DNA of 40,069 nt. It comes from a virus. Each line of letters begins with the position of its first letter. Positions within the stretch are counted from its first letter, which is position 1. The position numbers were made by a program, and so were the translations under genes. The notes beneath the pieces are model-generated. The model was given only the letters and a program-made list of their open reading frames with translations, searched no databases and was not told the DNA's origin. Below are positions 6,278-14,551 of this stretch, piece by piece. The stretch spans positions 1 through 40,069 of the IMG/VR virus record IMGVR_UViG_3300001682_000095; one strand, 5' to 3'.

Positions 6278-6741
6278 TTAAGCGAGGCGACATTTATTAT
6301 ATTCGCGACACCCGCCAAAGTATCGGCAGCGAACAGAGAGCAGACAGACCGGCGGTTATTGTTTCAAACGATGCAAATAACAAGCATAGCGGCGTTTATG
6401 AGGTTGTTTACATGACAACACAGCCAAAAACAGACCTGCCAACACATTTTATTACACATTCCGCATTGAAACCGTCAACGGTATTATGCGAGCAGATAAG
6501 CAGCGTTTACGAGGAACGGATCGGAGAATGGATCGGAACGCTGACACTCGAAGAAATGGAAATGTTAAATAAATGTTTGGCGGTATCGGTAGCAATAAAG
6601 CCCGATGCAGCACCGGCAGAAACAGAAAGCCTGCGGCAGCAGGTGGCAGCAGCGTTAGAGGCGCAGCGGGCAGCAGAAAAGCAGGCGGCAACATACAAGG
6701 AAATGTACGAATTTCTTTTAAATAAACAGTTAGGAGCGTGA
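6274..6741 (+). CDS. MazF/PemK/EndoA-family toxin homolog with a roughly 45-aa helical C-terminal extension
   Basis: KRGDIYY, GSEQRADRPAVIVSND, LPTHF, EQISSV and EEMEMLNKCLAVSVAI parallel B. subtilis EndoA (KRGDVYF, GSEQGGVRPVLVIQND, LPTHV, EQIRTI). ATGA overlap with the dam stop. Confidence 0.75.
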   Translation: MIKRGDIYYIRDTRQSIGSEQRADRPAVIVSNDANNKHSGVYEVVYMTTQPKTDLPTHFITHSALKPSTVLCEQISSVYEERIGEWIGTLTLEEMEMLNKCLAVSVAIKPDAAPAETESLRQQVAAALEAQRAAEKQAATYKEMYEFLLNKQLGA

Positions 6742-6745
6742 GAGC

Positions 6746-6916
6746 ATGACAGCGATCGGAACACATAGAAAGTGTTATAAGTGCGGCTGCACAACAAATA
6801 AATTAGATGCTACAAGGTGCGAGTGCGGCGGCTTTTTATACTTAATTAGTCAATTATATATGCCAAAGGTAGCAAAAGAGCAGCAAAAGGAAGAAGGCGA
6901 GAAATGCAGCGAATAG
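6746..6916 (+). CDS. 56-aa zinc-ribbon-like protein
   Basis: AGGAG RBS 6732-6736, ATG 6746, TAG 6914-6916: MTAIGTHRKCYKCGCTTNKLDATRCECGGFLYL... (CxxC ... CxC). Below the ORF-track cutoff. Confidence 0.5.
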   Translation: MTAIGTHRKCYKCGCTTNKLDATRCECGGFLYLISQLYMPKVAKEQQKEEGEKCSE

Positions 6917-7830
6917 GTTTAATTGATGTAGACGGTCACAATTTCCCAAACTTGCCACTTATGAAAATATCAGCATATCACAAGGCGCGCGGCGATAGCG
7001 TGGAATGGTACGAGCCGTTATTTTCGGGAGAAATGGATCGGGTGTATATGTCAAAAGTATTTACATTTACGCCGGATTACCCATATTGCATAAATGCCAA
7101 AGAAATTATAAGAGGCGGCACCGGTTACAACTACCCAAACGGTGGCGAACCGCTACCGGAAGAAATAGAGCATATTTACCCCGATTATGAATTATACGGA
7201 ATTACAAACGAGGCATACGGCTTTTTAACAAGAGGTTGCCCGCGAAATTGTCAATTTTGCATAGTTGGAAAGAAAGAGGGTTTAAAAAGCAAGAAGGTAG
7301 CAGACCTGCAGGAATTTTGGAACGGTCAAAAATACATAAAGTTATTAGATCCCAACATTTTAGCAGCAAAAGAACATAAAGACCTGCTAAAGCAGCTTGC
7401 AGATAGTGGCGCGTGGGTAGATTTTACGCAGGGATTAGATGCAAGGTTATTAACCGAGGAAAATATAGAACTTATAAAGCAGATCAAGATCAAGAATGTA
7501 CATTTTGCGTGGGATAACATAGCCGATGAAAAGGTAATTGTACCAAAGTTAAAGTTATTCAAAGAAAAGACCGGATTAGACAAAAGAAAAATTACGGTTT
7601 ATGTGCTGACAAATTTTAATAGCACATTGCAGGAAGATTTACACCGCGTTTATACGCTTAGAGAGATTGGAGCCGCGCCGTACATAATGATTTACGAAAA
7701 ACAGACCGCACCAAAGGAAATTAAAGACCTGCAAAGGTGGGTTAATAATCGGATCATTTGGTACAGCAGCGAAACGGCAACATTTGAAGATTACAGAGGC
7801 GACACAAAGACCAAAAGGAGGGCAACATGA
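6904..7830 (+). CDS. Radical SAM enzyme (CxxxCxxC) with a B12-binding-like N-terminal region
   Basis: FLTRGCPRNCQFC is the canonical radical SAM cluster motif. The N-terminus IGLIDVDGHNFPNLPLMKISAY resembles the Rossmann-like domain of class-B-type radical SAM proteins. Confidence 0.7.
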   Translation: MQRIGLIDVDGHNFPNLPLMKISAYHKARGDSVEWYEPLFSGEMDRVYMSKVFTFTPDYPYCINAKEIIRGGTGYNYPNGGEPLPEEIEHIYPDYELYGITNEAYGFLTRGCPRNCQFCIVGKKEGLKSKKVADLQEFWNGQKYIKLLDPNILAAKEHKDLLKQLADSGAWVDFTQGLDARLLTEENIELIKQIKIKNVHFAWDNIADEKVIVPKLKLFKEKTGLDKRKITVYVLTNFNSTLQEDLHRVYTLREIGAAPYIMIYEKQTAPKEIKDLQRWVNNRIIWYSSETATFEDYRGDTKTKRRAT

Positions 7831-8315
7831 ATAGCGTACATTTTAGCACCGGTAAAGACGATTGGGGAACCCCGCAGGATCTTTTCGATGCACTCAATAA
7901 AGAATTTAATTTTACATTGGATCCATGCGCAGACGATAACAACCACAAATGCGACAAGTATTACACCATAGAGCAGGACGGTTTGGCGCAATCATGGGCG
8001 GGCGAAACAGTATTTTGCAACCCGCCGTACAGCAGAAAGACCAAGACAAACGCCGGTCAAATTGCATGGGTTGAAAAATGTTACAAAGAGGCGACCGAGG
8101 GGGGGATCATCGTGGTTATGTTGATACCTGCCCGCACCGACACAATAATGTTTCACGATTACATTTTAGGCAAAGCAGAAATACGATTTATCAAAGGGCG
8201 TGTTAATTTCGAGGTTGACGGAGAGAAAAGCAAGGATCCGGCACCATTCCCAAGCATGATCGTAGTATTTCGAGGAAATCAGCCCACAAGCGAAATTAAA
8301 AGCGTGACGGTGTAG
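7827..8315 (+). CDS. Phage-type N6-adenine DNA methyltransferase (Dam_2-like)
   Basis: DDWGTPQDLFDALNKEFNFTLDPCA and FCNPPYS motifs. ATGA overlap with the upstream gene. Confidence 0.75.
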   Translation: MNSVHFSTGKDDWGTPQDLFDALNKEFNFTLDPCADDNNHKCDKYYTIEQDGLAQSWAGETVFCNPPYSRKTKTNAGQIAWVEKCYKEATEGGIIVVMLIPARTDTIMFHDYILGKAEIRFIKGRVNFEVDGEKSKDPAPFPSMIVVFRGNQPTSEIKSVTV

Positions 8316-8330
8316 CAGGGAGGTTATACG

Positions 8331-8600
8331 GTGGAACTTTTAACAGAGGATATAGCGCGCGAATACAGAGATAGAGCCGCAAAGCTACCGTATAACGGTA
8401 TGCAGGATATTGGAGAGCGCAGGCGGTTACGCCTAGAGTTGCAGGAGCGATGCGGCGTAACCGAATTAGAGGCAATAAACATTTTAAACGGTTTTCATAC
8501 AGATGTTTATTGTATGAAATATTGGATTAAGGCGCGAGAGGCAAGAGAAGGAAAACCGGAGCCGCGCAGAAAGAAACAGCGCAGGCAATACGGTTATTAG
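8331..8600 (+). CDS. Hypothetical protein with a basic C-terminus
   Basis: AGGGAGG RBS, GTG 8331, 89-aa ORF. Confidence 0.55.
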   Translation: MELLTEDIAREYRDRAAKLPYNGMQDIGERRRLRLELQERCGVTELEAINILNGFHTDVYCMKYWIKAREAREGKPEPRRKKQRRQYGY

Positions 8601-8609
8601 GTGGAAAGA

Positions 8610-8801
8610 ATGAAACCAAAGAAATTTTATATTATAAGACCGGAAATAGAAATAGAGTACATCAAACACCCATTATTAGGGCGGCTATATATCCTATTCA
8701 ATTATTGGCGATTTGTAAAAGTCGGTTTCTATTGGATATATACATACAAGGTTTATTATATTGCATTTCCGAGGATATACAGAAAGGCAGAATATGAGTA
8801 A
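8610..8801 (+). CDS. Hypothetical aromatic-rich small protein (doubtful)
   Basis: AGGTGG then ATG 8610. AT-rich stretch with unusual Y/F/I-rich composition. Confidence 0.3.
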   Translation: MKPKKFYIIRPEIEIEYIKHPLLGRLYILFNYWRFVKVGFYWIYTYKVYYIAFPRIYRKAEYE

Positions 8802-9090
8802 AACAAAAAGCATTGTAACGGACTATGACAAAATATGTTTCTTTTGTGGCGATCCGGCAGAGTGCGAACATCATTTATTATTTGGCAATGGCATTAGAGA
8901 GTTGGCAGAGCAGGACGGCTTAAAAGTACCGGCGTGTAATAGATGTCACAATATGGGCGCGACAATAGAGCGCGTGCATGAAAATATCATGGCTGAAAAG
9001 TTATCTAAGATGTTAGGGCAGGCGGTTTACGAAGGAAAGATTGGAACGCGGGAAGAATTTAGAAAGCGTTACGGCAAATCGTATTTGTAG
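8794..9090 (+). CDS. HNH-like zinc-finger protein
   Basis: ATG 8794. CFFCG...ECEHHLLFGNG...CNRCHN fits a CxxC / HH / CxxCH HNH-type arrangement. Confidence 0.5.
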   Translation: MSKTKSIVTDYDKICFFCGDPAECEHHLLFGNGIRELAEQDGLKVPACNRCHNMGATIERVHENIMAEKLSKMLGQAVYEGKIGTREEFRKRYGKSYL

Positions 9091-9099
9091 GAGGTGCGC

Positions 9100-9396
9100 A
9101 TGGCATTATCTGAATTGGTAACAGCTTTACAGCAGCAGGCAATGATGCAGCGGGAGAAAGAAAGCGAATTATTAAAAAGCATCGCCGCATTATCAGACTA
9201 TGAAACGGCAGAGGCAGCAGCCGACATTTACGCAGCAGAAAAGCACGCGTATTCATTTGACGGCTATTTATACCAACTTGAAAAGCTGCAAACAGTATTA
9301 GCCGCCGGAGTACCGGCAGAGTTGGCATTAGAGGCGGTAGACAGTTGCGCCGATGCAGCAACAATTATTAGTTTTTATAGAGGAGGTACAGCGTGA
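9100..9396 (+). CDS. Hypothetical protein
   Basis: TAGGAGG RBS 9087-9093, ATG 9100. Confidence 0.6.
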   Translation: MALSELVTALQQQAMMQREKESELLKSIAALSDYETAEAAADIYAAEKHAYSFDGYLYQLEKLQTVLAAGVPAELALEAVDSCADAATIISFYRGGTA

Positions 9397-9785
9397 ACAA
9401 ATGTATTTTCATGGGTAGATTGACGAGGGATCCGGAAATTCGCTACACACAAGGCGAAAAGCCGGTGCCGGTTGTCAACTACACATTAGCAGTAGATAGA
9501 AGATTTAAAAGAGAGGGCGAACCTTCGGCAGATTTTATAAATTTTGTAGCGTATAGCACAGCCGCCGAGTTTGCGGAAAAGTATTTTAAGAAAGGCACAA
9601 AGTTAGTAGTAACGGCGCGTTGCCAAACAAGATCATATACAAACAATGAGGGCAAGAAAGTATATGTTACGGAATTTATTGTAGAGGATCAAGAGTTTGC
9701 GGAAAGCAAGCGGGCAGCAGGAAACGAACCGGCGGGCGATGAATTTATGCAGGTGCCGGACGATGCAGATTTACCATTTAACTAA
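9393..9785 (+). CDS. ssb: Single-stranded DNA-binding protein
   Basis: GAGGAGG RBS, GTG 9393. MNKCIFMGRLTRDPEIRYT OB-fold start and acidic tail ending DDADLPF. Confidence 0.85.
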   Translation: MNKCIFMGRLTRDPEIRYTQGEKPVPVVNYTLAVDRRFKREGEPSADFINFVAYSTAAEFAEKYFKKGTKLVVTARCQTRSYTNNEGKKVYVTEFIVEDQEFAESKRAAGNEPAGDEFMQVPDDADLPFN

Positions 9786-9801
9786 CAAGGAGGAAAAGCA
9801 A

Positions 9802-10626
9802 ATGCGAGTAATTTCAATCATCAGTTTAAAAGGCGGCACCGGAAAGACAACAACAGCCGTAAACATTGCGTACACATTGGCAACAGTACACAATAAAAAA
9901 GTTTTGATTATCGACAATGACAAGCAGGGGAATACCTCAAAATCATTTAAAAGATATGATACAGAGGACACCAACACCATAGCGCGGGTTATGCTGCAAA
10001 GAAATGTTGATGTTTCCGAGGTTATCAAAAGTACAGCTTATGAGGGTATCGACATTATAACCGCAAATATGGACTTGCTAGAGGCAAACCTGCGCACCAT
10101 TGTAGACACCGGCAGGCAGCAGCAAACGAGATTTAAAAAGGCGTTGGAAAATGCAAAGGTAATTGATCGCGGTTGGGCTAAATTTGATTATTTACCATTA
10201 ACGGAGGCATACGATTATTGCATCATAGACAACGCACCCGATATTAACATGAGCATTATTAACGCGCTTGTAATGTCAAATGATGTTATCGTGCCTATAT
10301 TCATGGATCAGTATTCATTTGACGGTTTAGACATTCTGTTAGACCAAATAGCGCAGGTAAAAGAAGATTTTAACGAAAATCTCAATTTTGCCGGTTGCCT
10401 CATTACGCAATACCAAAATAACGAGGTAAACAATCAAGGTATAGAATGGTTAAAGGCGCATGATATACCGATTTTTAAGCAGCAGATCCGCCGGACAGAA
10501 AAGAAAGTAAGCGAAAGCACATTTGCAAAAATGCCGCTTGTGGAATATTCCGTAAGATGCGGCGCGGCGCAGGATTATAAAAAATTCGTATTGGAATATT
10601 TGGAGGGCAGAAATGAAAGCAATTAA
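9802..10626 (+). CDS. parA: ParA/Soj-family partition ATPase
   Basis: AAGGAGG RBS, ATG 9802. Deviant Walker A (SLKGGTGKTTTAVNIA) and the IIDNDKQGN motif. Confidence 0.85.
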   Translation: MRVISIISLKGGTGKTTTAVNIAYTLATVHNKKVLIIDNDKQGNTSKSFKRYDTEDTNTIARVMLQRNVDVSEVIKSTAYEGIDIITANMDLLEANLRTIVDTGRQQQTRFKKALENAKVIDRGWAKFDYLPLTEAYDYCIIDNAPDINMSIINALVMSNDVIVPIFMDQYSFDGLDILLDQIAQVKEDFNENLNFAGCLITQYQNNEVNNQGIEWLKAHDIPIFKQQIRRTEKKVSESTFAKMPLVEYSVRCGAAQDYKKFVLEYLEGRNESN

Positions 10627-10816
10627 ATTTAAAGCCAAATGCCCTTATGAAATAGGCGACAAGATACAGTTTGAAAAGGGCGGCGAAACAAAGATAATGC
10701 AGATTACGGATATTATAACGCAGGTAAGTGCAAAGACCGGTAGCATCACATTTATTTTAGAGTTAGACGGTTGGTACAAGCTAAACACGAATTTACACGA
10801 TGTAAAAATACCGTAA
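10613..10816 (+). CDS. Hypothetical small protein
   Basis: GGAGGG RBS, ATG 10613, 67 aa. Confidence 0.5.
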   Translation: MKAIKFKAKCPYEIGDKIQFEKGGETKIMQITDIITQVSAKTGSITFILELDGWYKLNTNLHDVKIP

Positions 10817-10872
10817 CGCCTAGTATTTACTAGACGAAATACCCAAATTAGGTACACAAAGGAGGCAGGCAA

Positions 10873-12234
10873 ATGGGCTTTAATATCAATAGTTTTTTGA
10901 ATGATGAAAGCAAGAAAGAAATAAAAAGTGATTGGAAACCGGTTAAATTGAGTGTACACAAATTAAGACCGGCAGCGGGCAAAGAAAACTTTTACCACAT
11001 GGACGATAGAGAGGTAGAAGAAACAGCCCGCACAATCGAATTAGTGGGAATACAGCAATATCCGGTTGTAAAACCGGTTGAGGGTACGGACGAATACGAG
11101 ATTATCGCCGGACACAAAAGGCGGCTTGCAGTTTTAAAGTTAATTGCAGAGGGTAAGACAGAATATGAAATGATCCCTTGCAAGATTGAAAGCGCAACCG
11201 ACAGCATCAGAAACCGTTTAATTTTAATCTTTACAAATTCCACACAGCGCGAAAGAACCGATTACGAGAAAATGCAGGAAATAAAAGAGGTTCGCAAGCT
11301 GTTAGAGGAATGGCAGAAAAATAACGAGTTATCGGGCAAGCTGCAAAACATCATTGCCGAGGTTTTAGGCACCAACAAAACCAAAGTAGGCACATTAGAA
11401 CACATAGACGGCAAGTTAATAGAACCGTTTAAAGAAGAATTTGCAGCGGGAAAGATTAGCACCCATGCAGCAAATGAGATAGCCGGATTAGACGAGGCGG
11501 CGCAGCAGGTATTATATGAAACCTACAAAGAAACCGGATCATTAACCGCCAAAGATGCAAGGGCGATTAAGGAACCGGAAAAGCCGCAGGCGGCAGCCAA
11601 AGAGCCGCCAAAAGAGGCAGAGGCGAAAGAAACCCCGAAGGAACCGGAAACGCCCGAAAATGAGGCGCAGGACGAGCCACAGCCGCAATTTATGAATGAA
11701 CCGGAAACCAAAGTAACATATAATCAGCCGTTACCGGACACCACAGACCGCCGATCACTCATAATTAACGGCAGAATTAACCGATACAAGGAATTTAACG
11801 GCATGACGGTTAATTATTTCATGGGTGCGGTTATCGGTTCCGATCTATTCGATACGCAGTTTTGGGAAGGTTGGAAAGAAAACACCGGCGCAAAATGGGA
11901 ATACATAGCAGATTACGCCGGAACAAAGACCACATACACCGTACAGACCGACACAACCGAGAAATGCGAGGCACTTTTAACAGATACCGGATTAGAGGTT
12001 TTAAGAGTGGCAGCAGGACAAACGGCGGTTATCAGATACGAGGAATTGGCAGAACTCATAGACATTATGATCTATACGAAAGTAATTGAAATAACCACCA
12101 TAGAAAGCGATTTAAAGTATTGGGCGGCACGCACAACCAAAGAATTAGCGGCGGTTAGTAATTACTTGACGGAAAATGAAATTTATGTATTGCAGGATCT
12201 TATGATGAAATGCAAGGAAAGGGCGGGCAGATAA
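10873..12234 (+). CDS. parB: ParB/Srx-domain protein with a Pro/Glu-rich linker and an uncharacterised C-terminal domain
   Basis: QYPVVKPVEGTDEYEIIAGHKRRLAVLKL is the ParB N-terminal motif. Linker KEPEKPQAAAKEPPKEAEAKETPKEPETPENE. Confidence 0.75.
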   Translation: MGFNINSFLNDESKKEIKSDWKPVKLSVHKLRPAAGKENFYHMDDREVEETARTIELVGIQQYPVVKPVEGTDEYEIIAGHKRRLAVLKLIAEGKTEYEMIPCKIESATDSIRNRLILIFTNSTQRERTDYEKMQEIKEVRKLLEEWQKNNELSGKLQNIIAEVLGTNKTKVGTLEHIDGKLIEPFKEEFAAGKISTHAANEIAGLDEAAQQVLYETYKETGSLTAKDARAIKEPEKPQAAAKEPPKEAEAKETPKEPETPENEAQDEPQPQFMNEPETKVTYNQPLPDTTDRRSLIINGRINRYKEFNGMTVNYFMGAVIGSDLFDTQFWEGWKENTGAKWEYIADYAGTKTTYTVQTDTTEKCEALLTDTGLEVLRVAAGQTAVIRYEELAELIDIMIYTKVIEITTIESDLKYWAARTTKELAAVSNYLTENEIYVLQDLMMKCKERAGR

Positions 12235-12548
12235 TGGAAAATAATTTAGCTTATATATGCAGCCCATACAGAGGAAATATTATTGAACGGTTCCGCAATA
12301 TCCGGTACGCAAGATATATAACAAAGATTGCGTTAGATTTAGGTTACACGCCGATAACAACGCATTTGTATTTAACGCAGGTACTTGATGATAAAGTACC
12401 GATGCAGAGGCGGCGCGGATTAAGAGCCGGACAAGATATTTTAAACGCCTGCGGCACAATTATTATAGGCGCGCGATATGGCGTAAGTGAGGGCATGGCA
12501 GCAGAGATAAAGGCAGCCAAAGGCAAAAATACAATTATCATACCATAG
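12234..12548 (+). CDS. Hypothetical protein, possibly nucleoside 2-deoxyribosyltransferase-like (DUF4406-type)
   Basis: TAATG overlap with parB. LAYICSPYRG... resembles that fold family. Call is from memory only. Confidence 0.35.
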   Translation: MENNLAYICSPYRGNIIERFRNIRYARYITKIALDLGYTPITTHLYLTQVLDDKVPMQRRRGLRAGQDILNACGTIIIGARYGVSEGMAAEIKAAKGKNTIIIP

Positions 12549-12556
12549 GAGGACTT

Positions 12557-12754
12557 ATGACACCGGAAGAAAAAGCGGCAGAGGCAGAAAAGAACCTGCA
12601 GGAAATATTCAAAGAAGATCCGGAATTAAAAAAGGCGTTCAAAGAAACTATTGCAGAAATGAAAAAGCCGGAGAATATAAAAAGAGATGCGGCGGCAGCA
12701 GCAAAAGCATTTAATAAAATTATGGAGGTAGCACGCAATGGCAAAGGGAATTAA
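12557..12754 (+). CDS. Hypothetical helical protein
   Basis: AGGAGG RBS, ATG 12557. Confidence 0.55.
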   Translation: MTPEEKAAEAEKNLQEIFKEDPELKKAFKETIAEMKKPENIKRDAAAAAKAFNKIMEVARNGKGN

Positions 12755-12986
12755 GTTAAACAGAGAACAATATAAAAGAGTTAAACGCATGGATCATAAG
12801 CAAATGGAAACTTTTATTGTGAATATGTATAACGAGGGTTTCGAGGACGGAAAAAAGGCAGCGGGCAGCAGGGTTAAGCCTTCAGACATTGCAAGCGTAT
12901 TAGTAGACATTAAGGGCGTAGGAACCAAGAAAGCCGCCGAAATCATGGCAGCAGTAAACAAATTATACGAGGGAGGCGCAAAATGA
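12738..12986 (+). CDS. Hypothetical protein with a helix-hairpin-helix-like motif
   Basis: GGAGG RBS, ATG 12738. IKGVGTKKAAEI. Confidence 0.55.
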   Translation: MAKGIKLNREQYKRVKRMDHKQMETFIVNMYNEGFEDGKKAAGSRVKPSDIASVLVDIKGVGTKKAAEIMAAVNKLYEGGAK

Positions 12987-13032
12987 TGTTATCAGAAATC
13001 GTAGAAAAGACAGAACGGACAGCGGGGGGGTA

Positions 13033-13416
13033 GTGACAGCCACCGGCACCTGCAAATTTTGTAAGCAGATAGCAACGCGCAAGGCGTTAAAGGAATGGAG
13101 CCAAGAGGAAATAGACGAATTGGCAACAGAAACTTGCGAATGTATAGACGCGCGTATATATGCACATAAGAAAAGCCAAAAAGAAAGAGCGCATAGCAGA
13201 ATAGATCTTTTATTTGGCGCAGAAAACAAAGCCGTTACGGTTCCCGATGCAGCAGTAACCCTGCTGCATAAAGCCGTTTACCCAATATGCGAAGGGTTTA
13301 TTACAGCCATTACCGTAGACATTGGAAACGGTGTAAAAGGCAAGATTAGTATTACATCAAAGGGAATTGTAAAGGTAGCGCGAACAAAAACAGATACAAG
13401 CACATACGAGGCGTAG
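13033..13416 (+). CDS. Hypothetical Cys-containing protein; true start probably ATG 12983 across a G7 tract
   Basis: The GTG at 13033 lacks a spaced RBS. ATG 12983 has GGGAGG 6 nt upstream but stops at 13031 right after GGGGGGG (13024-13030). One extra G fuses the two frames. Confidence 0.6.
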   Translation: MTATGTCKFCKQIATRKALKEWSQEEIDELATETCECIDARIYAHKKSQKERAHSRIDLLFGAENKAVTVPDAAVTLLHKAVYPICEGFITAITVDIGNGVKGKISITSKGIVKVARTKTDTSTYEA

Positions 13417-13424
13417 GAGGCACG

Positions 13425-13952
13425 ATGCGAAAAGGTAAAATAATTTGTATTGACATTGAAACAACCGGATTAAACAGAGATACAGACGAGATCCTGCAGG
13501 TTGCGATCATCAATGGCAGAGGGAAAACGCTTTATAATTCCTATATCAGACCGGAAAAGGCGCGATCATGGAAAGAGGCAGAGGAAATAAATAAAATCGG
13601 TTGGGAGGCAGTAAAGAACGCCCCGACATTGCGGCATGAGAAACGGAAAATTGAAAAGATTTTGAAAAAAGCAGGCTTAATCATCGGTTACAATCACAAA
13701 GGGTTTGATTTGCCGTTTATGGCAGCTAAAGGCATAAATACAGCAGTAAAGGCGGCTATTTATGATGTTATGTTAGAGTTTGCGCCGGTAGCGGGAGAAT
13801 ATGACGAAAAACACGATTGCTATAAATGGAAACCGCTAACATATTGCGCCGATTATTACGGCTACACAAATTATAAACCGCATGATGCGTTAGAAGATGT
13901 GCGGGCAACGCTGCATTGTTATTTCGCGATGCAGAGAGGAGGCAAGCGATGA
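13425..13952 (+). CDS. DnaQ-like 3'-5' exonuclease (DEDDh)
   Basis: IDIETTGL (Exo I), GYNHKGFDLPF (Exo II), HDALEDV (Exo III). Confidence 0.8.
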   Translation: MRKGKIICIDIETTGLNRDTDEILQVAIINGRGKTLYNSYIRPEKARSWKEAEEINKIGWEAVKNAPTLRHEKRKIEKILKKAGLIIGYNHKGFDLPFMAAKGINTAVKAAIYDVMLEFAPVAGEYDEKHDCYKWKPLTYCADYYGYTNYKPHDALEDVRATLHCYFAMQRGGKR

Positions 13953-14311
13953 ACAAAAGACAGAGAAAGAAACAGTTTAAAAAGCGTTTTGGGTTCAATC
14001 CACCGCGCAACATTTCCATACAGACCGCAACGCGGATTATGGAGAATAAAGAAAGCATTATTGCAGCCTGCGAGAGATTAAAAGCGGCGATAAATGATTT
14101 ATGGGAACATATAAAGAAACCATTATTAGAGTTGGTAGAGGCTTTAAAGGAAATTAAAACCGCGTCTATAGACCACATAGAAAGGAACCGCAGGCAATAT
14201 GTAGCGTTGGCGAATTTCCAAAGCAAGGTATTATTGCAGCAGCGGCAGCAGGAAAGGAAGGTAATGCAGATTGAAAGCAGTTTTAACATACACAACCATG
14301 ATAGACGGTAA
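13949..14311 (+). CDS. Hypothetical protein with a basic N-terminus
   Basis: ATGA overlap with the exonuclease stop, GGAGG upstream. MNKRQRKKQFKKRF. Confidence 0.55.
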   Translation: MNKRQRKKQFKKRFGFNPPRNISIQTATRIMENKESIIAACERLKAAINDLWEHIKKPLLELVEALKEIKTASIDHIERNRRQYVALANFQSKVLLQQRQQERKVMQIESSFNIHNHDRR

Positions 14312-14549
14312 GGCGGTAGAAGAAACAAAACTTTTCGACACCGCAAAAGCAAAGAAAATTTGCGATGTTAAAAACAGTTTTGGTTATAAGGTGCAGGAAA
14401 TCTACATAACACCTAAAAATATTTTGTTTCTACACAATACAAATCAAGGTAGCTTAGAGGTAGCAGATCAAAAGGCTTGTAAGAAGTGGATCGGCGAGCA
14501 TGAGCCGGAAAAGTACATTAAATTTTTCGGAGAAGTGGAGGAAGGCTAA
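14271..14549 (+). CDS. Hypothetical protein (start uncertain: TTG 14271 or ATG 14298)
   Basis: ORF in the operon gap between neighbouring genes. Confidence 0.5.
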   Translation: MKAVLTYTTMIDGKAVEETKLFDTAKAKKICDVKNSFGYKVQEIYITPKNILFLHNTNQGSLEVADQKACKKWIGEHEPEKYIKFFGEVEEG

Positions 14550-14551
14550 CA

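Noticed and set aside
9697-9801. N-terminal extension of ParA given by the ORF track (start 9697)
   Set aside because: The extension overlaps the ssb 3' end in another frame and reads as junk (MRKASGQQETNRRAMNLCRC). AAGGAGG plus ATG at 9802 gives the canonical ParA start MRVISIISLKGGTGKT.
10820-10833. CTAGTATTTACTAG palindrome upstream of parB as parS
   Set aside because: It has only 6-bp arms and is a single copy with no repeats elsewhere. That is too weak to call. GATCCGGATC is the better centromere candidate.
11570-11710. Repeated GAACCGGAAA units in parB as a DNA-level tandem repeat
   Set aside because: The copies are irregularly spaced and encode a Pro/Glu/Lys-rich low-complexity linker. 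Protein-level composition explains them.
13768-14352. 194-aa minus-strand ORF. Similar ones occur at 1088-1558 and 15720-16220.
   Set aside because: It overlaps well-supported + strand genes with RBSs and translational coupling. The translated sequence is Leu/Ser/Cys/Phe-rich antisense noise. No minus-strand gene in this genome has any support.
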